A program made the position numbers and the translations under genes. Source: Cyanobium sp. CTOTU6536 (GTDB taxonomy: Bacteria > Cyanobacteriota > Cyanobacteriia > PCC-6307 > Cyanobiaceae). From it: 43,252 bases of DNA. This document shows positions 29,114 through 37,422 of this stretch, in pieces. The stretch lies in contig DAIQNM010000002.1 of NCBI GenBank assembly GCA_036788375.1, positions 1 through 43,252 on the forward strand. The letters run 5' to 3'. Each line of letters starts with the position of its first letter. The stretch's first letter is position 1. The notes beneath the pieces are model-generated. The model did no database searches and was not told where the DNA came from. It saw nothing but the letters and a program-made list of their open reading frames with translations.

Positions 29114-29193
29114 GGCGAAGAAGGATGCAGCGATGGCGGGGATCGTAGGCAACCAATCGTCAGTCCGTGCCCCACCGCAAGCGGCCTAGAGAG

Positions 29194-30450
29194 CTAAATC
29201 CGCTCGAGGTCCAAACGTTCGGCGCGCAGCTCCCGTAACCGCTCCCCTAGGGCCGGACCAGCCGACATGCCCTGGGCCATCAGCTCCCGAGCCGTGCTGC
29301 GGGCCCGAAGGTGCCGCCAACGCAGCCACCAGCGCAGTAACGGCCGCCGTGGTCCCACCCCAGCAGCAAGGGCCAGGGCCACGGCCTCCGCTGGCACCGC
29401 CTGGCCTTCCAATAACGCAGACCACCGGGCCGGAGAGACGCCGGCCCCTGGACCCAGCTGCCGAAGTCGCTCGCGCAGCAGGGAAAAGCCCACGAGGAGA
29501 CGGTGGTAGCGATGGGGCAGCTGCAGCCGCTCGGCCAGGGCCAGGGGATCGCCTGCCCCCACGAGCAAGGCCACCACCAGGGGCAAGCCCAGTCGCTCGG
29601 CCCAGCGCAATCGGCGCCGCCAGAAGCGGTCCTGCTGCAGCACTGGATCCAACAACACCAGCCCACCCCACTCCTGCAGGAGTGCAAGAGCCAGCGGCCA
29701 GGGCTCCCGTTCAAGCAGCAGCTCCAATTCCATGCGAAGGCGGGTCCCCAGGGCAGCAGGTGCCTGGGCAGGTGAATCGCCCCAGTGCCAGGGCCAAGGC
29801 CACTCCGCCAGGGTCCTTTGGGCCTGGTCACGGCTCTCGGCGGCCAGGCTCAGGCCCAGCCGGGCGGCATAGCGGGCGCCCCGCAGCAGGCGGGTTGGAT
29901 CGTCGCGAAGGCTGGCGGGATGGAGAAAGCGCAAGCTGCGGGCCCGCAGGTCCTCCAGGCCGCCATGGGGATCCAGCAACTCTCCGCTGGAGTCGGCCAG
30001 CAACAGGGCCATGGCGTTGATGCTGAAATCGCGCCGGCCCAGGTCGTCATCCAGGCTGCCGAAACAAACCACGGGGTTTTCGCCAGCCACCGGATACATT
30101 TCGCGCCGCGCCGTGGCCACATCCAGCAGGATCGTGGCGTCTTGATCACCCTCCATGGCGACGACGGCCAGGGCGAGTTCCACCGTGCCGTAGGCCCCGT
30201 GCTCCTGCCAACGGATCACCCGGCCGTCACCCCCCTTCACCAGGCGCCGCACCAGCATTAACGCCGCCGAGCCAGGATTACCATCGCTTTCCACCACCAG
30301 ATCCAGGTCGGGCAGGCCCAGCCAGGGGTCGTTGTGAACCCGATGCAGCAGGAGGTCCCGCACCGCCCCCCCCACCAGGGCAAGCCGCATCCCTTGGGCT
30401 GACGCTGCCAGAGATCCAAGCAGCTCAGGCGGCACGCCGGGGAGTTCCAT
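29194..30450 (-). CDS. Class II tRNA nucleotidyltransferase (CCA/poly(A) polymerase family), probably A-adding type
   Basis: VGGAVRDLLL, DLDLVV, ATARREMY...P, RRDFSINAMA, DPHGGLEDL and DDPTRLLRGARY motifs. Confidence 0.9.
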   Translation of the reverse strand: MELPGVPPELLGSLAASAQGMRLALVGGAVRDLLLHRVHNDPWLGLPDLDLVVESDGNPGSAALMLVRRLVKGGDGRVIRWQEHGAYGTVELALAVVAMEGDQDATILLDVATARREMYPVAGENPVVCFGSLDDDLGRRDFSINAMALLLADSSGELLDPHGGLEDLRARSLRFLHPASLRDDPTRLLRGARYAARLGLSLAAESRDQAQRTLAEWPWPWHWGDSPAQAPAALGTRLRMELELLLEREPWPLALALLQEWGGLVLLDPVLQQDRFWRRRLRWAERLGLPLVVALLVGAGDPLALAERLQLPHRYHRLLVGFSLLRERLRQLGPGAGVSPARWSALLEGQAVPAEAVALALAAGVGPRRPLLRWWLRWRHLRARSTARELMAQGMSAGPALGERLRELRAERLDLERI

Positions 30451-30460
30451 CCTGGAAACG

Positions 30461-31420
30461 GTGAAGGGCAGGCCTCAGACTGGTCCGCACCAGAGCGGGA
30501 CCAGTCTGAACGCCCCCACCGATCGCCGCAGCGCGGACCTGGCCATTCTCACCGTGGCCTATCGGAGCCAGCAGCCGCTGGAATGGCTGGCCACCGACCT
30601 GGCTCGCCAGAGCCTCAAGCCCAATCGCTGGCTTGTGGTCGACAACGCCCCCCGCTCCGCCCCGTTGCGGATCAGCGAACCCCTGAAGGGCCTTCCCCTG
30701 GAGTGTCTAGAAGGCCAGGAGGGCGCCGGCTTCGGTGAGGGCTGCAACGTGGGCCTCGAGGCCCTGGCCCGGGAGGGTTGGGGCGGTTGGGTGTGGCTGC
30801 TCAACCCCGACACCACCCTGGGGGAGCCCGATCTGCTGGAGCGCTTCTCCCAGCTGCTGGGCCATTGCCCAGACCAGGCCCTGGTGGGCACAGCGGTCTT
30901 GAGTGCCGAAGGCCACCTCGAGCCCAGTGGGGGCTGGATGGAGCCGGGCCTGGCCTTCCGTCGCCGCCGCCTGCAAGTCTCCCACCGGGCCGCGGCCGTC
31001 GCTGCCCCCCTCGCGCTCGACTGGTTGAGCGGCTGCAGCCTGGCCCTCCGGCCCGCAGCCTGGTCAACACCGCCCCGCTTCGATCCGGCCCTTCCCCTCT
31101 ACTACGAGGACATGGACCTGTGCTTGCGGCTGGGGGCGGCCGGTGCGCCCAGGCTCTGGACCGCAGCGGTGGCCATCACCCACCAACGCGGCGCCGGCAG
31201 CGGCGGCGATCCCGCCCGGCGGGCCGAACTCACCACCACCAGCTATTGGCGCTTTCTGCAGCGCCATACCCCCGCCTGGGTTCGGTGGCTGCGCGGTTTG
31301 CGCCTGCTCGCCACGTCCCTCGCCAAGCTTCCGCTCAAACCTCGGCAGAGTCTGGCGGTGCTGCGGGGCCTGGCCACGGCCCTCGCTGAGCCGATCCGCC
31401 CAATGAACACAAGGCCATGA
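30461..31420 (+). CDS. GT2 family glycosyltransferase (WbbL/rhamnosyltransferase-like)
   Basis: VVDNA, GFGEGCN.G, LLNPDT, DWLSGC and YYEDMDLCLR motifs; start uncertain. Confidence 0.88.
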   Translation: MKGRPQTGPHQSGTSLNAPTDRRSADLAILTVAYRSQQPLEWLATDLARQSLKPNRWLVVDNAPRSAPLRISEPLKGLPLECLEGQEGAGFGEGCNVGLEALAREGWGGWVWLLNPDTTLGEPDLLERFSQLLGHCPDQALVGTAVLSAEGHLEPSGGWMEPGLAFRRRRLQVSHRAAAVAAPLALDWLSGCSLALRPAAWSTPPRFDPALPLYYEDMDLCLRLGAAGAPRLWTAAVAITHQRGAGSGGDPARRAELTTTSYWRFLQRHTPAWVRWLRGLRLLATSLAKLPLKPRQSLAVLRGLATALAEPIRPMNTRP

Positions 31421-32538
31421 GTCGCCGCCACCCGCTGGCCCTATTCAACGGCAGCTATTTGGGGCCAAAGCCCACCGGTATTGGCGTGGTGGCCAGGGAT
31501 CTGGTCACAGCCCTCGACCCGGAGCTGGTGCCCCTGTTGGTTCCAGAACCCGATGCCAAAACCAAGGAATCGAGCACGGATCCGATGAGCCCCTTGGTCA
31601 GCAGGCCCCACAACATTCCGATCCCGGCCGACCTCTCCCCAGCCCACGGCAGCAAGGGCCACCTGCGGCGCCTGCTCTGGACCCAGAACCAACTCCCCAA
31701 AATCCTGCGGCAGCACGGCAACCCGCTGCTGCTCTCTCCGCTGCCGGAAGCCCCCCTGTTGCGGGGCGTGCGCTCGGTGGTGCTGGCCCATGACCTGCTG
31801 CCGCTGCGCTTCCCCCAACCCACCCCCCTCCTCGCTTATCACCTGGGCTATGTGCCGCTGGTGTTGCACCGGGCGGTGCGGGTGTTGTGCAACTCCGAAG
31901 CCACCGCCAGGGAGGTGCATGGGCGCCTGCGGGTGCCGATCCGGCGGCTGGTGCCGATCCGACTGGGCTTTGATCCTGGCGGTCTGCGCCCCCTCAACCT
32001 GGAGCGCGATCCGTTTTTTCTCGTGCTCGGCCGCCATGATCCCCACAAGAATCTGGCCCAGGTGTTGCGGGCCTTCAGCCAACTGCGCGAGCCGGAAGCC
32101 AGGCTGCACCTGGTGGGCCCGCACGATCGTCGTTACACGCCCCAACTCCAAGCGCTCGCCATCGAACTTGGCATCGCGGACCGTTGCCAGTGGACGCCCT
32201 GGGCCAGTGATGCCGAACGGTTGCAACTGCTCAACCGCTGCCGGGCCCTGGTGATTGCGAGCCTCTGGGAAGGCTTCGGCCTGCCCGCCCTCGAGGCCAT
32301 GGCCTGCGGCGCACCGGTGATCGCAGCCCAAACCGGGGCCCTGCCGGAGGTGGTTGGCGACGCGGGCCAGTTGGTGGATCCACGCCGGCCAGAAGCAATC
32401 GCCGAGGCCATGGCCACCTGCCTTCAGGACCATCAGGTGCTGGCCCAGGCCGCCCGCGAAGGCCCCCGAAGGGCCGCAGGATTCAACTGGCAACACACCG
32501 CCGCGGACATCACAACCCTGCTGAAGGAGCTGCACTGA
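31417..32538 (+). CDS. GT4 family glycosyltransferase (MtfB/mannosyltransferase-like)
   Basis: TGIG, HDLLPL, PHKNL and SLWEGFGLPALEAMACG motifs; ATGA overlap. Confidence 0.92.
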   Translation: MSRRHPLALFNGSYLGPKPTGIGVVARDLVTALDPELVPLLVPEPDAKTKESSTDPMSPLVSRPHNIPIPADLSPAHGSKGHLRRLLWTQNQLPKILRQHGNPLLLSPLPEAPLLRGVRSVVLAHDLLPLRFPQPTPLLAYHLGYVPLVLHRAVRVLCNSEATAREVHGRLRVPIRRLVPIRLGFDPGGLRPLNLERDPFFLVLGRHDPHKNLAQVLRAFSQLREPEARLHLVGPHDRRYTPQLQALAIELGIADRCQWTPWASDAERLQLLNRCRALVIASLWEGFGLPALEAMACGAPVIAAQTGALPEVVGDAGQLVDPRRPEAIAEAMATCLQDHQVLAQAAREGPRRAAGFNWQHTAADITTLLKELH

Positions 32539-34709
32539 TGGACCTGGCCCCCGCCAGCGCGGTCTTCGCCCTGGCCACGACACCGATCAGCCTGCTGCTG
32601 CTGGGGCTGATGGTGCTGAACGCCATGGCACTGGCACATCCCCGCAGCCTCCTCTCCCGAAGTGTGGGCGCCGCCCTGCTCGTGCCGCTCCTGCTGCCGC
32701 TGAGCCTGCCGATCCGGGAAACCCTGCTCACGCTGCTGCTGCAGGGGATGGTGCCGCTGCTGGTGGTGCTGCTCCTGATCCAGCTGAGGCGCGGGGATCG
32801 GGCGGAACCGGCCGAGGCCAGTCCTGGCGGCTACCGGACGGTGGCGATCCTGGCCAGCCTCGGCCTCGGCCTCCTGTTTGCCCTGAGGCCAGCTCCCTTC
32901 GAGTATCCGGGCGATTCCACCAGCTACCTCCAGACCTTCGTCGAAACCACCCTCGAGCAGCCTGGACCGATCAGCTGCCTGGTGCAGGGTTGGCGGCAGC
33001 CCACCTATCAAAACTTCTGCACTCTCTGGAGCGTGATGGTGCGGACAGGCCATCTCAGCGCTCCACTGCTGCTGAGCGGGATCCCCCAACGGTTCACCCT
33101 CCTGCTGGAGGTCACCGTGCTGGGACTGAGTTACTTCCGGCTGCTCCAAACGGCCCGGATCAGGCCTCTGGCGGCAGCTCTGGCCTGGCTGCTGGTGTGC
33201 TTTGGCCTCGGCAACCAGGCCATCGCCTTTCTGGTGAACAACGGTCTGCAGGGTTCAATCCTGGCGGCCGCGATCTTCCTGGAGGCCGTGATGGTGATGC
33301 TGTGGCTCCTCCACCGTCCGATGGCGCCCCGTTGGCAGGCGCCACTGGTGGTGGCCAGCCTGCTCGGCTTCACCCTGCTCGAGCTCAAACTTCACGGCGC
33401 CTTCGCCCTCACCACCTTGATCTTGCTGGTTCCCCTGGCCGGCCTGCTGGGGGCGGCCCGACTCTGGGGCCATGGGATCCGGGGCAATCCCCTCTCAAGC
33501 CTGCCGAAGATCACAGCCCGCAACCTGCTGGTGGCCAGCCTCACGCTGCTGGCCCTGGTGCTCACCTTCAAGACCGGCTGGGCGCTCAACAAGCAATCGC
33601 GCCTGATTGTGCCCTGGACGTTTCTGCATGGGTTGGGCTTGCCTTTCCAAGCCTTACCAGGCTCCTACCTATTCCGCTCCCCGGGCTCAAGGCCAGAAAC
33701 CCTGGCCGTGGCCAGCCTGGCCATCGGGTTCTGGCAGCTGGGCGGCAGCTGGCGACCCGGCCCCACCCCCCGCATGGCCGCTGGACCGCCGAGGGGGGTG
33801 GGGCCGCTCGCTGCGGGCCCTGCGGAGAACGAGGCCCAGCTCTACGGCTTCCTCGCCTCGCTGTATGGGCTGGCGGTGGTGCTGGCCTTTCTGGTACCAC
33901 CGATCAGCCACCTCTACATCAATCTCCCCTACGAAATCATTTCCAACTACCGGCTGATGTGGGGCTGCATCCTCTTTTCACCCTTGCCCTGCTTGCTCGA
34001 TCGGGCCCTCGCGACGAAACCCCAACCCTGGCCTGCCAGGGGTTTGGTTGCTTTGCTGACAACGCTGGTACTGATCCCTTTCGCCAGCAACTCAAAGACT
34101 TACCCCCAAAAGTTTTGGAGCAAGTCGCGCCACATCCTCGAGGGCCCATCCACCCGGGTGGATTTGGTGGCTGTGGCGGCGGCGCTGGTGCCCAGCCTGG
34201 AGGCCCTCGGGTCCGCGGCCAACAACGGGCCCGTGGTTGTGCTGGCGGATGAACTGATCGGCAGTGCGCTAGCCCCCTATCCAGACCTCGTGGAACCGAT
34301 CCATGCCACCCGGATCACGGCCGGCAGCAACCTCACCAACTGGGAAACCCATGGCCTGCTGCGGGCCGCAAGCACTGATGCGCAAAGGCTACAGGTACTC
34401 CAGGAGATCAAAAAACCGCCAATCATCATCATCCAGGAAACTCCAATTGGCCCCTATTACAGCCCCTATTCCGAAATCAACGTCTACGACAAAGACATCG
34501 TCAACCGTCTCAGCCGATCAGCGGTCAATCGCCTCAGCCCCTCGCTGCTGAAGGCGGCGGGATTCCAATCTTGGCAATGGCTCGATGCCAGGGGTCAGGT
34601 CATTCAGGCCCCAACCGACACAAATAGTACCCAGACTGGGGGCTCAACCGCTCAACCCACTTACCACATCTGGAAACGCATTCAACCGACATCCTCAACG
34701 GCGCCGTGA
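32538..34709 (+). CDS. Large polytopic membrane protein of unknown function (GT-C-like layout)
   Basis: 723 aa, TGATG-coupled to the GT4 gene; more than 12 hydrophobic segments, an early loop FEYPGDSTSY and a soluble C-terminal domain. Confidence 0.65.
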   Translation: MDLAPASAVFALATTPISLLLLGLMVLNAMALAHPRSLLSRSVGAALLVPLLLPLSLPIRETLLTLLLQGMVPLLVVLLLIQLRRGDRAEPAEASPGGYRTVAILASLGLGLLFALRPAPFEYPGDSTSYLQTFVETTLEQPGPISCLVQGWRQPTYQNFCTLWSVMVRTGHLSAPLLLSGIPQRFTLLLEVTVLGLSYFRLLQTARIRPLAAALAWLLVCFGLGNQAIAFLVNNGLQGSILAAAIFLEAVMVMLWLLHRPMAPRWQAPLVVASLLGFTLLELKLHGAFALTTLILLVPLAGLLGAARLWGHGIRGNPLSSLPKITARNLLVASLTLLALVLTFKTGWALNKQSRLIVPWTFLHGLGLPFQALPGSYLFRSPGSRPETLAVASLAIGFWQLGGSWRPGPTPRMAAGPPRGVGPLAAGPAENEAQLYGFLASLYGLAVVLAFLVPPISHLYINLPYEIISNYRLMWGCILFSPLPCLLDRALATKPQPWPARGLVALLTTLVLIPFASNSKTYPQKFWSKSRHILEGPSTRVDLVAVAAALVPSLEALGSAANNGPVVVLADELIGSALAPYPDLVEPIHATRITAGSNLTNWETHGLLRAASTDAQRLQVLQEIKKPPIIIIQETPIGPYYSPYSEINVYDKDIVNRLSRSAVNRLSPSLLKAAGFQSWQWLDARGQVIQAPTDTNSTQTGGSTAQPTYHIWKRIQPTSSTAP

Positions 34710-34830
34710 TCGACGACGATCTAGCCCGAACAGAACCTCCAACAGCTGCTTGCCCTAGGCGAAAGCGCTGGCTTAGATTGACCTTATCCACGTCCTCCCC
34801 AGACCCAAGGCCTCCGATGAAGTACACGCG

Positions 34831-36699
34831 ATGAAGATCCTTGGCATCTCGGCCTACTACCACGACAGCGCCGCCGCCCTGATCGAGGGGGAATCCGTGC
34901 TTGCTGCCGCCCAGGAGGAGCGCTTTACGCGCAAAAAACACGACGCCCGCTTTCCCACCCAGGCCGCACGCTTCTGCCTGGAGAGCCAACAACTGCGGCT
35001 TGAGGATCTGGATGCAGTTATTTACTACGAAAAGCCACTACTCACCTTCGAAAGGCTGCTCGAGACCTATCTGGGCGCCGCGCCCCGGGGGGGGCGCTCC
35101 TTTGTCGCCGCCATGCAGGTATGGCTGAAGGAAAAGCTGTTTCTCAAATCTGAAATCCGCAAGTCATTGCGCCAGCTCGCCATCGAAATGGCCCAGCAGC
35201 GGGGTGAGCCAGAACCGGCCCAAACCGCCCTACCCGAGCTGCTCTTCTCCGAACACCACCTCTCCCACGCCGGCGCCGCCTTCTATCCGAGCCCGTTTGA
35301 AAATGCCGCCGTGCTTTGCATGGATGGGGTGGGGGAATGGGCCACCACCTCCGCCTGGCTGGGGGAAGGCAACACGCTCACCTCGCTGTGGGAAATTAGC
35401 TTCCCCCATTCGCTGGGTCTGCTCTATTCGGCCTTCACCTATTACTGCGGCTTCAAGGTGAATTCCGGCGAATACAAGCTGATGGGGCTCGCCCCCTACG
35501 GCAAACCCATCTATGCCGAAATCATCCGCCGCCACCTGGTCGACATCAAGCCCGATGGCACCTTTCGGCTGGATCTGAGCTACTTCAAGTTCCACCGCGG
35601 CTTCCGGATGACCGGCCGCAAATTTCACCAGCTGTTTGGAAGACCGCCACGCAAAGGGGAAACGGAGCTGAGCCAGTTCCACATGGATTTGGCCGCCTCG
35701 ATCCAGGAGGTCACCGAAGAGATCGTGCTGAAGCTGGCCCGCACCCTGCGCCGCGAAACCGGCGCCACCAACCTCTGCCTCTCCGGCGGGGTGGCCCTCA
35801 ACTGCGTGGCCAACGGCAAGTTGCTGCGGGAGGGGATCTTCGAGCGAATCTGGATCCAACCCGCCTCCGGCGATGCTGGCTCGGCCCTCGGCGCGGCCCT
35901 GGTGGCCTGGCACCAGCACTTCGAAGGCTCCCGCACCCCCCAACCCGACGACGCCATGCGGGGCACCTACCTGGGCCCGCGCTTCTCCAACGATGCGGTG
36001 CAGGCCTATCTAAGGAGCGTGAACGCCCCCTTCCACGACCTGGAGGATGGCCCTTTGTTTGAGCGGCTGGCCGCGTTGCTCGATGCGGGCAAGGTGATCG
36101 GCTGGTTCAACGGCGCCATGGAGTTCGGTCCCCGCGCCCTGGGGGGCCGCTCGATCCTGGGCGACCCGCGCAACCGCCAGATGCAGAGCGTGATGAACCT
36201 GAAGATCAAGTATCGCGAGAGCTTCCGCCCCTTCGCTCCCTCGGTGCTGGAGGAGGAGGTAGCGGGCCAATTTGAGCTGTCGACCAGTAGCCCCTACATG
36301 CTGCTGGTGGCGCCAGTGAAGCAAGAGCTCTGCACACCGATGGGACCCGAGGCGGAGCACTTGTTTGGCATCGAGAAGCTCAAGCTGAGCCGCTCCTCAC
36401 TGCCGGCGATCACCCATGTGGATTACTCCGCCCGGGTGCAGACCGTGGGGCCCCGCACCAACCCCCGCTACTACAACCTGATCAAGGCCTTCCAGCGCCG
36501 CACCGGTTGCCCCACGGTGGTCAACACCTCCTTCAACGTGCGCGGCGAGCCGATTGTTTGCAGCCCCGAAGACGCCTACCGCTGCTTCATGCGCACCGAG
36601 ATGGATGTGCTGGTGCTGGAGAATCAGCTCCTGCTCAAGGAAGAACAACCCACACGCAACCAGGATGAGAGCTGGAAGGACGAATTCGAACTCGACTGA
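34831..36699 (+). CDS. O-carbamoyltransferase, NodU/CmcH/TobZ family (SxtI-like)
   Basis: LGISAYYHDSAA, QEERF, EHHLSHA, DGVGE, GEYKLMGLA, GGVALN, EFGPRALGGRS, KYRESFRPFAP and VNTSFN motifs. Confidence 0.95.
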   Translation: MKILGISAYYHDSAAALIEGESVLAAAQEERFTRKKHDARFPTQAARFCLESQQLRLEDLDAVIYYEKPLLTFERLLETYLGAAPRGGRSFVAAMQVWLKEKLFLKSEIRKSLRQLAIEMAQQRGEPEPAQTALPELLFSEHHLSHAGAAFYPSPFENAAVLCMDGVGEWATTSAWLGEGNTLTSLWEISFPHSLGLLYSAFTYYCGFKVNSGEYKLMGLAPYGKPIYAEIIRRHLVDIKPDGTFRLDLSYFKFHRGFRMTGRKFHQLFGRPPRKGETELSQFHMDLAASIQEVTEEIVLKLARTLRRETGATNLCLSGGVALNCVANGKLLREGIFERIWIQPASGDAGSALGAALVAWHQHFEGSRTPQPDDAMRGTYLGPRFSNDAVQAYLRSVNAPFHDLEDGPLFERLAALLDAGKVIGWFNGAMEFGPRALGGRSILGDPRNRQMQSVMNLKIKYRESFRPFAPSVLEEEVAGQFELSTSSPYMLLVAPVKQELCTPMGPEAEHLFGIEKLKLSRSSLPAITHVDYSARVQTVGPRTNPRYYNLIKAFQRRTGCPTVVNTSFNVRGEPIVCSPEDAYRCFMRTEMDVLVLENQLLLKEEQPTRNQDESWKDEFELD

Positions 36700-36749
36700 C
36701 CTCAGGCCCCCTCAACAGCTCCACACCTTCGCCGCCACCACCGCTTGCC

Positions 36750-37154
36750 ATGGCCACTGCCCCCTCGCCACCCCCCAGCCTTCGCCAGCTGCGGGAGTTC
36801 GGCCTGCTCATCGGCATCGTGTTTCCGGTGCTGCTGGGTTGGTTGCTGCCGGCCCTGCACGGCCACCCCTTCCGCGAATGGACCCTCTGGATCGGCATCC
36901 CGGCCCTGGCCTTGGGCATCGCCTGGCCCCGCGGCCTGGCCTGGCCCTACCGGGGCTGGATGGCCCTCGGCCATGGCCTCGGCTGGATCAACAGCCACCT
37001 GATCCTGGGGGCGGTGTACCTGCTGGTGCTGCAACCGATCGCGCTGCTGATGCGGATCCTGGGCCATGATCCGCTGCGGCGCCAGCGCAACGCCGCCGAA
37101 ACCTACCGGGAGGTGCGCTCCGACCCCAGCGTGCACTTCAAGCGGATCTTCTAA
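36750..37154 (+). CDS. SxtJ family membrane protein
   Basis: 134 aa; LREFGL, two TMs, WMALGHGLGWINS..ILG..Y...P, G.DPL; directly after the carbamoyltransferase. Confidence 0.88.
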   Translation: MATAPSPPPSLRQLREFGLLIGIVFPVLLGWLLPALHGHPFREWTLWIGIPALALGIAWPRGLAWPYRGWMALGHGLGWINSHLILGAVYLLVLQPIALLMRILGHDPLRRQRNAAETYREVRSDPSVHFKRIF

Positions 37155-37223
37155 GTCACCCGCTCAAATCCTCAGCCAAGCCCCAGCCCTCCAGGCCAAG
37201 TCCCACCCCACCCTCCTGCCGCG

Positions 37224-37385
37224 ATGGAAGCCCTTCTCGATCTCACCAAGGACATCTGGGACTTCCTGAAGGTCCGCAAGAAGTTCTGGCTGGCACCGCT
37301 GATCATCACGATCGTGCTGATGGGCGCCCTGCTGGTGCTCACCCACGGCTCGGTGGTGGCGCCATTCATCTATTCGATCTTCTGA
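37224..37385 (+). CDS. SxtK/DUF5989 family micropeptide (53 aa, not in ORF track)
   Basis: Translated by hand: MEALLDLTKDIWDFLKVRKKFWLAPLIITIVLMGALLVLTHGSVVAPFIYSIF*; RKK.WL.P and APFIY..F signature; position after sxtJ. Confidence 0.92.
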   Translation: MEALLDLTKDIWDFLKVRKKFWLAPLIITIVLMGALLVLTHGSVVAPFIYSIF

Positions 37386-37422
37386 AGGGCGCTCGATCGG
37401 GCCGGAGCCCCCGGGCCCGGCT

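Noticed and set aside
17529..35094. G8/C8 homopolymers (17529, 18585, 21859, 22407, 30366, 35087) as phase-variation tracts
   Set aside because: All host frames are intact, one tract is in a housekeeping gene, and a rough estimate for DNA this GC-rich gives about this many 8-mers by chance.
34831..37385. Saxitoxin biosynthesis cluster
   Set aside because: Only sxtI/J/K-like (and a distant sxtL-like) genes are present; there is no sxtA, sxtG, sxtB or other core gene in the window and the context is polysaccharide synthesis.
37398..37422. GC hairpin between sxtK and pcrA as a bidirectional terminator
   Set aside because: The stem is bulged with a very small loop and has no U-tract on either strand; not supportable.
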